Assembly (NCBI RefSeq): GCF_028641065.1
Contig: NC_073386.1
Coordinates: forward strand, 47,058,001 to 47,122,000
Length of the DNA stretch: 64,000 nucleotides
Direction: 5' to 3'
From: Leucoraja erinacea
Lineage: Eukaryota
The notes under the pieces were generated by a model, which was given only the letters and a program-made list of their open reading frames with translations, was not told the origin of the DNA and ran no database searches. Position numbers and translations under genes: made by a program. Of this stretch, positions 23,960 to 36,166 are shown piece by piece. Every line of letters starts with the position of its first letter. The stretch's first letter is position 1.

Positions 23960-24570
23960 TAACTCCCCCCTCGACTCCATTCAAGGATCCACTCAGCCGT
24001 TCCAGGTGTGACAGAGGTTCACCTGCACCTCCTCCAACCTCATCTATTGCATCTGCTGCTCTCGATGTCAGCTGATCTACATCGGTGACACCAAGCGCAG
24101 GCTTGGCGATCATTTCGCCGAACACCTGCGCTCGGTCCACAATAGCCTACCTGATCTCTCGGTGGCTCAGCACTTCAACTCCCCCTCCCATCCCAGACCT
24201 TTCTGTCCTGGGCCTCCTCCATGGCCAAAGTGAGCACCACCAGAAATTGGAGGAGCAGCACCTCATATTTCACTTGGGCAGTTTATATCCCAGCGGCATG
24301 AACATTGACTTCTCCAATTTCCGGTAACCCTTATTGTCCTCCCCTTCTCAGCTCTCCCTCAGCCCTCTGGCTCCTCCTCTTCCTTTCTTCTTCCCGCCCC
24401 CTACTCTACACCAGTCTGAAGAAGGGTTTCAGCCCGAAACGTTGCCTATTACGCCCCCCTACCCTACATCAGTCTGAAGAAGGGTTTTGGCCAGAAACGT
24501 TGCCTATTTCCCTCGCTCCATAGATGCTGCCACACCCGCTGAGTTTCTCCAGCACTTTTGTCTACCTATT
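23960..24570 (+). mobile_element. Penelope-like element 3' fragment (GIY-YIG endonuclease remnant + hammerhead-bearing tail)
   Basis: FTCTSSNLIYCI.CSRCQLIYIGDTKRRLGDHFAEHLRS; tail CTGAAGAAGGG..CCCGAAACGT. Confidence 0.88.
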
Positions 24571-25589
24571 CATAACCTCCTCCTGGTTCACTGATAATTT
24601 GCCATTGTTTTTATAGTTCTCCAAGTCTGCCACACCCTACCCAACTCAGCCAAATGGTTCCTTTACCCTCAAGCCATGTCTCACTTTATTTACCATTGTT
24701 AGATCAACAATCAATCAGAATTAAACCAAAATGAACATCCGGAACAGAGAGAGAGAAAGCTGTAACATTGCATAATGTTCTGACTAATATAAGAAACACA
24801 TCCTCTGACTCACTGAACAATTCCACTGAGACTTGCAACATATTCAGTGCATTTTCCACATATAACAGGAAATGTTGTGTGCAGCCGATTTGCTAAACGA
24901 TTGCCATGGAGATGATTCCATGATATAAAAGGAGGCAATTCAACGTACGGACAGAGGCCAGCTAAAGGACTGACAATGAGCCTCAGAAAAATGCTGTTGG
25001 CCTTTTGATTAAAACTTTTACCAAAATCCAAGCATTTGGCTAATCCACAAACACGCACTGATTCCTTGTGCAATAGTCGCCAAATCTAATTGTTTCCTAC
25101 ATTCTGCAGTCCCAAAAAGCATTTCCACATCATTTATTACACAAAGGAAAGCCTGTGTTTTTTGTTTGCTGTCTAATATGATACTGCAAGTACTGCGTTA
25201 ATCTACATTACCCTTAAGCAGCCGTGTTATTGGAACTCCCGCTCACCAAAGCATCCTGAAAAACATATTTTGATACCATATATCTCTGGATATATTCAAG
25301 TTTTATAACACAGGCCTTGTGATCCTTTTCAATGTATTAGAATTTATACCACACTTCAGAGAATGTCACAATGGTATATTAACAAATTAAGGGTCAAATT
25401 CTGGCAGTCCGACAATAAGACTTTAAACTTTTTACAAATATGTTCCAGTTTCCAGCATCCTGAATAAATGTTGGGAAGCTGCAAGCAATCTTCCCATGGA
25501 AAGACAAGACAAACATCTGTTTCAGGTTTACCAAGCGCAACTGCCCGAAGAAAGCTGAAGAGCAGTCTTAACATAACCCGCTGTGGACC

Positions 25590-26720
25590 TTGGACATGTT
25601 CTTGGTCACTCTAATGCTATAATGCTGTAACACTATATTCTACACTGGTCCAGATGGTGGGCTGATTGATGATAGATAGATGTCATCTTCTTGAGGCAGT
25701 GTCTCAAGTAGATGCTCTCAATGGAGGGGCGGGCTGTTTACATAATGGACACTCACAATGTGAGAACTCTACATGTGGAATCTTTCCTCAATTTAGGTTT
25801 TGATGTATTTATCTCTTTGCACCATGTGTGATTGTGTACGGTTCGCCGGGATAGCACGCAAACAAGGCTTTTCATTGCGTCTCAGTACATGTGGCAATAA
25901 GCAATACCAAATGTTTGACTGCACAATATGTATTCTGGAATTGAGGAAGAAAACTGATTTTGTGCAGTGTGTCCAATAAGAAGTGTTGAGTTTCCCAGTT
26001 CATAGTAGAATTCTAGCCTCAGCCATAAAAAGGGTATTGAGGCAGATTAATCCCCCTTTGTTTCCACAACAGATACTATCATGTTGAACGTACCTGTAAT
26101 AAAGCAAGCAGTGCAACAGTGTCGCACTGCAACAGTGCTATCCTTTTCCAAACTAGGTTGTTTTGAACTACATAATATTCATTTTCAGAGTAATTGTAGA
26201 AATAGGAAAGAAATCCAAAATTTTAATAATAATCATAACAACATCCAAAAGTAGATTGCGAAGAGATCCTGCGTCCAATATTGCCATATTGTGAGCCTCC
26301 ATCACAGGCACAGCCCTCCTCTCCATCAAAAGCATCTACATAGGGAGCTGCCTCAGGAAGGTGACATCTATCACCAAAGATCCCCCACATTGTAGGCAAT
26401 GTCCTTTTGTCACCGTTACCATCAGGCAGGTGGTGCAGAAGCCTGAAGTGCCACACCACCAAGTCCAAGATCAGCTACTTACCTACAACTATCAGGCTCT
26501 TGAACCAATCTACACAACCCTAACCCTAGCTCGCTGGAACATTGCAGCACAAGTCATGCACTACTATGGGGTTCTATCGCAAAATGTTTTTGCATTTTGT
26601 CCTTTTATTTTGCACAGTCATCTTTCTTTCAGAATTTTGTGTAATTTATGTATAATTTGAGTTATTTGTGTCTGTCTGAGTCCATGTGCTTGTGATGCTG
26701 CAGCAAGCAAGATTCTTACC
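25590..26720. mobile_element. Rex1/Babar-like 3' fragments
   Basis: SITKDPPH...RYLPTTIRLLN-like remnants at 26290-26510. Confidence 0.6.
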
Positions 26721-27280
26721 TTTTTAATTTTTAATAAACATTAAAGGTGAGATTTTATGCTTTGAAACTTGCCAATAGTACATAACAGGATATTTATCTT
26801 CCATTTGTTGTAGCTGACTGGAGATCAGGTGCTGAGGCCCAGTATTTCAAAAGGTCTTTTCCATCTTTTCCAAAGAGATTCCCATCCATTTAAATGGGGA
26901 TAATCTATCTATATTACTAAAACTCTGATCTTGACCGCTTTTAGCACACCGTGCTGCGATTTCCTACAGAACGCCGCCACATATGGCCGTCATTTTTGGG
27001 CACCTCGCTCAGAGCCCCCCTCCGCCTTACGGGTGCTGAGGATTTTTCCCATCGATGACAAATCAGAGAGATATTAATGTTTTTTAAAAATTCACCATTC
27101 TCCCTGCTGCCCCTGCTGGAGGGAGGGGAAGGGACGATAAAACCAGGAAGTGGTGTGCCTCACTCAGTCTCTGCAAGATGGATGAAGCCAAGGGTCACGT
27201 CTATCTGAGTTCTGAATAACACTGAACAAATGTCTACACAACTGTGAGTCCCCTTAATGTGGTTTGAAAATGAAAATATG

Positions 27281-27958
27281 GTTTGTTTGAAGTAAAAAGG
27301 CACTGCCTGCAAATGGTTGTTTGGGTGCTTTGGCTTGAAGTTGAAAGGCACTACTTACTGCAAATGGTGCCTTGGGAGCTTTGGCTTGAAGTTGAAAAGC
27401 ACTACTTACTGCAAATGGTGGCTTGGGTGCTTTGGCTTGAAGTTGAAAGGCACTACTTACTGCAAATGGTGGCTTGGGTGCTTTGGCTTGAAGTTGAAAG
27501 GCACTACTTACTGCAAATGGTGGCGTGGGTGCATTGGCTTGAAGTTGAAAGGCACTACTTTGCAAATGGTGGCATGAAGTTGAAAGGTACTACTTACTGC
27601 AAATGGTGGCTTGGGTGCTTTGGCTTGAAGTTGAAAGGCACTATTTACTGCAAATGGTGGCTTGGGTGTTTTGGCTTGAGGTTGAAAGGCACTACTTACT
27701 GCAAATGGTGGCTTGGGTGCTTTGGCTTGAAGTTGAAAGGCACTACTTACTGCAAATGGTGGCTTGGGTGCTTTGGCTTGAAGTTGAAAGGCATTACTTA
27801 CTGCAAATGGTGGCTTGGGTGCTTTGGCTTGAAGTTGAAAGGCACTACTTACTGCAAATGGTGGCATGGGTGCTTTGGCTCTAAGTTGAAAGGCACTACT
27901 TACAGCAAATAGCGGCTTGGGTGCTTTGGCTTGAAGTTAAAAGGCACTACTGCAAATG
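27281..27958. repeat. 51-bp minisatellite, ~13 copies, inside the Helitron
   Basis: Unit GGCTTGAAGTTGAAAGGCACTACTTACTGCAAATGGTGGCTTGGGTGCTTT; 17-aa periodicity in the ORF track. Confidence 0.95.
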
Positions 27959-28315
27959 CACACTTCCTGTTTGCACTGTACATTGATTTAAAATACAACG
28001 CTACCACTTACGGCTGTGAATTTTGGCCATCTTACTCAGTCCCCCTCCGCTGAGCAGGTGCGGAGAATTCTTCCTATCAATGAAAACTAAAAGTGTTATT
28101 AGTGTTTAAAAAATGTTGAGAATCTCTCTCCTGTCAATCACGCCATGAAAGCCACACCTTTTCCGGTGGGAGGGGGAGGGGTTATAAAACCCGGAAATGT
28201 GGGTGTGTCTCTGCATGATGGGTGAGGGAGAGGTGACGACGCTGTCTGTGCTGTGAATCAACTGAACACACTGAATGTCCACTGAACTGTGAGTTTGGTG
28301 TTTTGTGTGGTTTTA

Positions 28316-28677
28316 TGGTGGTTTCACCCTGCATGAAATGGTATGAAGCTGCATTTGAATTTGGTGGCCTTGCACCCTGCTTGAAGTGGTATGAAACTGC
28401 ACTTGAATTTGGTGGCCTTGCACCCTGCTTGAAGTGGTATGAAACTGCACTTGAATTTGGTGACCTTGGATCCAGCTTGAAGTGGTATGAAACTGCACTT
28501 GAATTCGGTGGACTTGCACCCTGCTTGAAGTGGTAGGAAACTGCACTTGAATTTGGTGGCCTTGCACCCTGCTCATAGTGGTAAGAAACTGCATTTGAAT
28601 TTGGTGGCCTTGCACCCCGCTTGAAATGATAGGAACATGGATTTGAATTTGGTGGCCGTGCACCCTGCTTGAAATGG
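28316..28677. repeat. 48-bp minisatellite, ~7 copies, inside the Helitron
   Basis: Unit GCTTGAAGTGGTATGAAACTGCACTTGAATTTGGTGGCCTTGCACCCT; 16-aa periodicity in the ORF track. Confidence 0.95.
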
Positions 28678-28919
28678 AATTTCAAGGAATAGTCATGAGT
28701 CAACTGCCAGCCCACCAGCCGTGAGTGAGCTGCCAGCAGATCAGGCTTGAGGGACTGAGCTGCCACCCCAAGAACCCATACCAGCACTCCAGAAAGCCCC
28801 CCCTCTGGCCACCAATATTGGAATTGGTGAAGAGGTGGAATATTGCGTCCGGGGACCAGCCCTCCCATGTGAACATGGGACCAAACGGGCCCCACTTACT
28901 CTAGTATTGGATGGATGCT

Positions 28920-29735
28920 TGGTCTAGAAATGTATCTACATTGTTTTTTAATATATTCAACAACATAGTCACTGCAGCCCCTGTGGGAGGGAATTCCACA
29001 ATTCATCCCCCTCCATCTGGGTGAAGAAGTTGCTCCTTGTCATCTATACCTGTCCTATAACCTGAGATTGCGTTCCCTACCCACCCATTGTCCACCCTGC
29101 CCCTCACCACACCACTAATTCTTGGGCATCTTTCTAGTCCAGTCAGAATTTTGGATTTTTTAAATATATTTTGAATTATATCTCCTCTTATTCTTGAATA
29201 CAGACCTAAACTGTAATTTGCGATTTCTTCACATATGGCAGTGCCATCTCAGGTGCCAGAAATTAAAATATACTGCACTCCCTCCATGGCAAGTATGACC
29301 TTGCCTAGGTGAGGAGACCAAAACTGGGCACAATAACATTGGGATAGGCTCACCAACACCTGCATAATTAGTAATAGTATAATACAGCTCAGAAATAGGC
29401 CCATCAGCACAACTCATCTATGCAAACCAAGTTGTGTACCTGAGCTTGTCGCACCTGCCTGGATTTGACCCATATCCCTCTAAATCTTTCCTATCCATGT
29501 GCCTGTCCAAAAGTATTTTAAATGCTGTCATTGCACCATTCCTCACAACTTCCTTCTGCAGCTTATTCCTGTGGAATCACCCTCTGTGTGAAAAAGTTGT
29601 CCCTCTCGTCCCCTTTAAATCTTTCCCCTCTCACCTTACATCTTATCCTTCCAATGATAGACTACCCTACACTGGGAGAAAGACGCTAACCTTATCTCTT
29701 GTACTCATGATTGTATATACCTCTGTAAGGTCATT
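28920..29735 (-). mobile_element. Old CR1 fragments
   Basis: Degenerate CR1 ORF2 C-terminus and 3' UTR. Confidence 0.65.
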
Positions 29736-29826
29736 TGTCTTTTGGCAATAGAGTGTGGAAGGGTTGTCATTCTGAATGCAAACAACCTTTAATAACAGTC
29801 TTTTACTGATTATGTCTCTACTTCAG

Positions 29827-29871
29827 ATGAAAATGCAAACCTGGGTACGGCCATGAGATACGAAGAGATTG
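29827..29871 (+). CDS. NMNAT2: NMNAT2 coding exon (equivalent to exon 7)
   Basis: cttcag| ... G|gtgagt; (D)ENANLGTAMRYEEI; 45 nt, phase 1/1. Confidence 0.97.
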
Positions 29872-30493
29872 GTGAGTGTAATAATTTGCAGCTGAGTTTT
29901 AACATAGGTCACGATTCTTCTTTTTAGAAACATTGCATGAATTCAGTTGTAATTATCATGGGGACAATGCCTGGTAAAACACTGACAATGCCAAGATCCT
30001 CTTGAAGCCATTTCCTACCGAGTGTCCACAGACTGCAAGTTTGCAACATAAATAAAGCAGTTTCCCATGTTGTTGCAGTCCTATCTTCAAGCTGTTTAAA
30101 ATGAACAGTTGGATTCCTGCTTTCTTCCTGCTTGCCTTCAAAATGCTTTGTCAAATCTCTGGTTTGCATGAGCACAATACTGGGATGGCTTCTTCCATTA
30201 ACTATGTTAGTTGTAATCCTTCAGAAGTTAGTTATTTCCCAATGTTTGCAGACAACATATGATCTAGAAGTTCCAAATTCAGTTTTGGGGTGAGTTATTG
30301 AGTTATCATATCGGGGAAGGATTAGGAAATGAACATTTAATTGAGTAGAGAGACAGTGATTTGGGATTATATCATTTTTGACATCTAACACACCTTATCG
30401 TTTCAGCAGCAGAGAGAACCTCAATTCACTGCTATTTTAATGGATTATCCATCTCTTACAGTTTAGTCGCTGCTTGACTTCCACTGGCATATT

Positions 30494-30799
30494 TTTAGAG
30501 ATACAGCACGGAAACTGGTCCTTCGGTCCACTGAGTCCGCACCGACCAGCATCCCCGCACATTAACGTTGTCCAACACACACTAGGGATAATTTTACATT
30601 TATACCAAGCCAATTAACCTACAAAACTGCATGTCTTTGGTGTGTGGGAGTAAAACGAAGATCTCGGTGAAAACCCACGCAGGTCACGGGTCACGGGGAG
30701 AACGTACAAACTCCACACAGACAGCACCCATAGTCACGATCTAACCTGGGTCTATGGCGCTGCGGGACAGCAACTCTACCATTGCTCCACCGTGCCACA
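30494..30799 (-). mobile_element. V-SINE (HE1-like)
   Basis: Same family. Confidence 0.85.
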
Positions 30800-31529
30800 C
30801 TTTGCTTACAGTTCCAATGGTTAGCTGTTTTCTGGAATTGATTGGAGATCCAATACTCTGCATTATGTGAATATTGCTAATGTACATTTTTCCAGCTGCA
30901 TTGCCTCTGCACAAAATCAATTTGTGTTTGTATTTTTTAACATCTTCAATAAATTAATAATTTTTTTAAAAATGTTTTTAAAAATTGGCACCACATCTGG
31001 GTAGTTCTCGTTCTCCTTGAAATCCAGCAAGGGCAAAAGGCACATCGAGTTCGACAGGAAGCAGAATCTTCAGCCTGAGAGCCAGTGTGGGGGAGTTGCC
31101 GAGAGATCAAAGAGGGGCCATTGAGGACTACATGGAATACTTTGTAACTGTTGGCTCCCTCTATATGGCTACCCGCTGCATATGTGCATGCAAAACAAAG
31201 AATCTCACCGTGACATGTCACATGTGATTTATTCTTTCATTCAAGGTACTGTCTAACAATTTCCAGACTGGAAGTGGAGATACTTGCAGCATATTACAGT
31301 TTGCCATTTATCCTCCTGTAAAGGAAGCTCTTTATTCAAAGGGAACAGTCTGTGTTTCAGTTTCTCCTGCCAGAGCTGTTGATCACCATAGCGTCCACTT
31401 TATGACAATCAAAATTAAAAGCCACCACAAAATTATTATCCTAAACCACATCTGCTGGACACAAAGAACCCCACGTGCATTCCCTCAATGCTCTGTACGT
31501 TAGTCTGCCTCCGTGCTCCTATGCAATTA

Positions 31530-32490
31530 TATAATAGGAGCAGATTTAGGCCATTCGGCCCAACAAGTCTACCATGCCATTCAATCATGGCCCATAGGGG
31601 CTGTCCCACTGCGGCGACCTAATCCGCGAGTTCAGAAGAGTTTGCCCTCGACTCATACTCGCAGCATGGTCGACACAAGGTCCTAGGAGGTCTTTGCAAC
31701 TCTCCTTCATGCTCGAAAGTAGTCCCCGTGTACTCAAGGTCTCAGCTAGGTTGCTCTGTATTTTTCAACATGCTGTTGAAACACACGAGTAAATGAAGGT
31801 CGTCATGGAAAAAATCGATTTTTTTTTAACTTGTAGTTTTAGTCGAGGTAGGTCGTGGTAGGTCAGCATGTTATTCGTAGGTAATCGAGGGTAGTCGAAG
31901 GTAGTCGTAGATAGTCTTCAACATAGTCGAAGGGTGGGCGAAGCAGATCGTAGGTTGTCGTCTTCACGTCCAATTTTCCCGAAGCTAGTCTTCCACATAG
32001 TCAAAGGAGGTCTTCCACATAGTCGAAGGAGGTCTTCAACATAACACTTTTACAAACTCTCCTAAACTCTTCTAAACTCGCCAATTAGGTCACCACAGTG
32101 GGACAGCCCCTTATCGCTCCCTCCTAACCCCATTCTCCTGCCTTCTCCCCATAACCCTTGACACCCGTACTAATCAAGAATCTATCTTTATCTGCCTTAA
32201 AAAAATATCCATTGATGGCCTCCGCAGCCTTCTGTGGCAAAGAATGCCACAGATTCACCACCCTCTGACTAAAGAAATTCCTCCTCATCTCTTTCCTTAA
32301 GGAACATCCTTTAATTCTAAGGCTATGACCTCTAGTCCTAGACTCTCCCACTAGTGGAAACATCCTCTTTACATCCACTCTGTCCAATCCTTTCACTATT
32401 CAGTACATTTCAATGTGGCCTCCCCTCATTCTTCTAAACTCCAGCGAGTACAGGCCCAGTGTCGTCAAAACCATTCATCATATGTTAACC
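31530..32490 (-). mobile_element. CR1 3' fragment split by the Harbinger MITE
   Basis: ORF 32124-32396 KGLDRVDVKRMFPLVGESRTRGHSL...FFSQRVVNLW; tail continues at 31530-31590. Confidence 0.9.
31596..32111. mobile_element. PIF/Harbinger-type MITE nested in a CR1 3' tail
   Basis: TIRs AGGGGCTGTCCCACTGCGGCGACCTAAT / ATTAGGTCACCACAGTGGGACAGCCCCT; internal ~10-bp GTAGTCGAAG repeats; TSD imperfect. Confidence 0.8.
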
Positions 32491-32894
32491 TTGAATATCT
32501 TTGGCAAGTCTGGTATAGGAGACCGCAGATAGCCTATGGGGTTGTCATCAAGCTGCTGCAGGCTCGGAGGAATGAGCTGGGGATTACTCAGTGTCTGGAA
32601 GGGTGGCAGTGAGCTGTGTTGGCAACAGCAAATCATCTGGCAGAGTGTTCCTAGTACCGTCCAGATGAGCACCAAGTCCACGTTTCCCCAGGGCAGTGAC
32701 TCAGCTCAGCCACAGACAGGTGGCTGCATTTCTCCATAGATGCTCCCTCAGGCACAGTTATCCACGATGCCACAGTCCACATTGCACAAGAATAGCCAGA
32801 ACTTGTACTGTTGTGAGCAGACGCTGGAGAAACTGCTGCTTGTGTCAGAATGGTAGGCACAGCATCACATCCTATTATAGTCAGAGAGTCATAC

Positions 32895-33325
32895 TGTAAA
32901 TAGCTCGTTCTAAGCTCCTCCCAGTCTAGTTTCAGTCAATAAAATACTGAATCAAGCACTTGAGCAACAAAACTTTATTTTGGATAATACAACATATATT
33001 CCCCTATAAAATACGTAACCACCGCGGGTTTGATCCTTGTATCTGCTTGGCCAAGCCCTTCTAGCCTCGTGCAAGCAGAGACACTCCAAAAGGTCATGCA
33101 GTCCCAAACGTTCTTCCAGAAGATCAACATCGGACCTCATGGGAGCTACCTTTTATAGGTCCCCGAACCTTGAGGGGCCGAAACCACATTGGGGTGGTCT
33201 CTATACAGTCCAATAATACATATCAATTAACACAGTACATGATAGACAGTTCCCTAACCCAATAATACAGTAACTAATACATTGTAATCAAAAGGAGCTT
33301 CTAGAAGGAAGCTAACATAGCAACA
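32895..33325 (-). mobile_element. Solo LTR
   Basis: TGT...ACA termini; minus-strand TATAAAA (33151-33157) upstream of minus-strand AATAAA (32974-32979); CCAAT motifs; degenerate 5-bp flanks catac/tgtgc. Confidence 0.65.
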
Positions 33326-36089
33326 TGTGCCCTGGGATTCAGACAGTTCCTCCAAGGCTCAACATTTTAACCAATCAGCAACTATCCAAATAATGTGGCT
33401 TTGCAACATTATTTACACTATGTATAGTGTATACTGTATACAGATTGACCCAATCAGTTCCATGCAATTTACACCTTATTGTAAGAATCTGCAGATGTCC
33501 CATTCTTTCCATGCAGCTCTTATCTAGGCCACAGATTTTAAAAAAATCTATGTGCATTCACCGTATCAATTCCACTCATCATTTTATATACTCTATAAGA
33601 TCACCCCATAATTGCCTGCACTCCATGGAATAAAATCCTAGTTTGCCAAATCTTTCCCTATAGCTCAGGTCCTCGAGTAACATTCTTGTAAATCCTCTCA
33701 GGCTTTCCAATGTACCAGGCATTTAATTGCGGTAAATCTGCAACCTTCTTATATAGGCCATTGTAAAGTCCTCATCGGATTCCTCTGCAGCAGAACATTT
33801 AGTACAAACTGGCAGCCTGGCACCACCCTTGCCCCAATGCTACACGTATGCCACTCGTGTACAGTGTTTCTGTTTGTCCAGATCTCATCTTTGTGGTGCC
33901 CTCTGGCCTTGTCTATACTAGTGGCTGTGAATGTAAAATCAAGTAGTGGTCTGCATCACTGTATTCCTGCTTTACCTCCAGTGATTAGTTGGGTACAATT
34001 CCTGGGCATTTGAAATAAAATGCAATAAATATTAAGAAAGTAAGAAGGCCAGACTTGGAGCCTCTATAGCATGAGACCCAGAACATGATGTTGATTGAGG
34101 AGTGGAGAGTTGGTTTGCGTTTTAGTGTTTGCCTCTCCACTGGCCACAGCCTGGTGTAGCATCTTCTCCATGGAGGTTGTACCTGCCCCCTGTTTGACAT
34201 TTTGTCAGTGAGTGCCTGCAGTACGTTGGGGTGAAGTTGTGGTCATGGTTGAATAATGCCCAGTGTGTGCGAGTGATGAGATTGTGATGATGTACCTAAT
34301 GTCACCAATGATTGAGGCCTAATTCCTCGAGATCGTTGATGAAATATGGTCCACTAGCAACCGGCAGGTTATGGCATTTGGAGGTAGTGCTGCGTCTTTC
34401 TTAGCTGGTACCAGCTGACTTAAAATTAGTGGGCTGTTAATGTGTTTTACTATATGGCTTTACTGTAGTTACAACATTGTACTGTACATGATTTTTGGTT
34501 AAAGACCAACTGCTGCAAATAAAAATTGTTTATGAAATCTTCTCATTCATGGGATGATTGTATAAGCCTGAAAAACAGCACAACAACCTCTTGCAGCTTT
34601 ATTCATGATGATACCTTGAAACTTTCCATAGGGACCAAATCCGAGTGCCTAGGGGACCTCATTAAAACCACTATAACATACAAGGCTTATCCCCTGTCGT
34701 ACACCTCAAATGGAGACTGCAATGCAGTGAACATAAACCTTGGAGCCTGCTGAATCCCACGTTATATCATCCTTCTGTGTTTCTCAGGCAATGCTGGCTC
34801 CTGCATCAACAACAATGAACGGCTTCTCTAAGAGATGCAGGCTGGCTTTACACGTTACAGGCTAGATTTAGCCAAAGCTGAAAATGCCTGCAATTTGCAC
34901 CTTTGCCGACAAATGTGGTGATCTTACCCCTAACTGATTTCAAATGATTAATTCCTTCCTTTACATCTGGAGGAGAGTTGCACTTGGTATGAATCAGATA
35001 ATCACGGCTCTGTATTGTGACTCAGTCTGCTGAGCTGTGCCCACGGAACAAGGTTAACATGCTGAACCCTCAAATTTAAACACTCATCCATAAGCAAACA
35101 TTGCACACTCAGTTGTTTAAAAAAATGATTGAACTCCTGTATAAACCTGCTGCCGAGACAGTCCTGAATGCATTATGGTGGGAATTGTGATTATACAGTT
35201 AAGTCCAGATCCTGAAGCAATTAGCTGGAGACATAATTTTAAAATCAGTTAATTAAATTATACAGAATATTTTTTTTAAAAGTACCATTAATGTGACCAT
35301 GGAATAGCAAAATCCCTCTGGTTCGTTCATGTTCAATGTGGAAAAGCTCTGCTGTCCTTATCTTGTCTGACTCTTCACACCCACGACCAGTCCTGGGACT
35401 GGGCCAAAATGGCCATTCACATGTCCTGGGTGAAGCATCCTATAGCTTGCTCCCATTTATAGTTCTATTTGTGCCCAGATAAGGGAGGGTGTGATGCCCA
35501 CACATACACGGGAGGCCTTGCATGAACATGGTTCTGGAATATATCATTAAAATCGAGTGGTCATTTATTTTTCCATTTTTTTGGCAAAATAAAACTATTT
35601 TGGAACAGAAATACAAAAAAAATCAGTTTATTCTAAAATGGCCCAAGTCGACCACATCACACCATTTGCTATGGCAAATCAAACACCACTCTGACTGCAG
35701 CAGCTTAATAAAGCATTGAAGAGTGTTGGAATGGGCACTCAGTGTTGGTTTAGCTGGTGTGAACGTACCTAATGAGTGAGTAAAGAACTCAATGTTGCCC
35801 TATAGAAAGCAAAAGAGTACAATGGTTAAAAAAAGGAAAATCCTTACTGTGCATTATTGGTTGTCTTCTCGTTGCTCTATTCTGTTGAGTACACACAAAA
35901 AAAGATAAATAAAGATATTGTGGACTAAGTGAAGGCAATTCCTAAACTTCCCTCATCTTTTCAGGCTCATGCAGAACTTCCCCTGCATATATTATTTGAT
36001 GATTGTGCATTCAACGTAAAGCCCCTGTGTTTGGAATAACATATTCCCCAGTGTAAAATACTATCTTAATTCATCTTCCAACTGTGTAG

Positions 36090-36166
36090 AGCTCCGGATT
36101 TTGTTGCTGTGTGGGAGTGACTTGCTGGAATCCTTCTGTATCCCAGGTCTGTGGAATGAGGAAGAT
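36090..36166 (+). CDS. NMNAT2: NMNAT2 coding exon (equivalent to exon 8)
   Basis: tgtag| ... |gtaagt; (E)[25 protein letters not shown], the conserved NMNAT LLCGxDLLESF..PGLW motif; 77 nt. Confidence 0.97.

Larger units (their letters stand above)
26904..28904 (+). mobile_element. Non-autonomous Helitron (intact termini)
   Basis: 5' TCTATCTATATTACTAAAA. 3' hairpin TGGGACC-aaacg-GGCCCCA followed by CTTACTCTAG. Inserted between A(26903) and T(28905) with no TSD. Confidence 0.88.

Noticed and set aside
27281-28677. CRISPR-like appearance of the regular repeats
   Set aside because: Head-to-tail units without unique spacers, in eukaryotic DNA with no cas genes.
27254-28895. Long repetitive ORFs (up to 237 aa) on both strands
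   Set aside because: Artefacts of 51- and 48-bp units inside an intronic Helitron; open in several frames and strands, with no coding support.
32490-32870. GC-richer stretch as a host exon
   Set aside because: No clean splice sites or frame; minus-strand GNVDLVL..LPP resembles a decayed LINE endonuclease but is too weak to call.
34780-35100. Neuronal enhancer or REST site (TGACTCA, TTCAGCA)
   Set aside because: No full RE1 match; the short motifs are expected by chance without conservation data.
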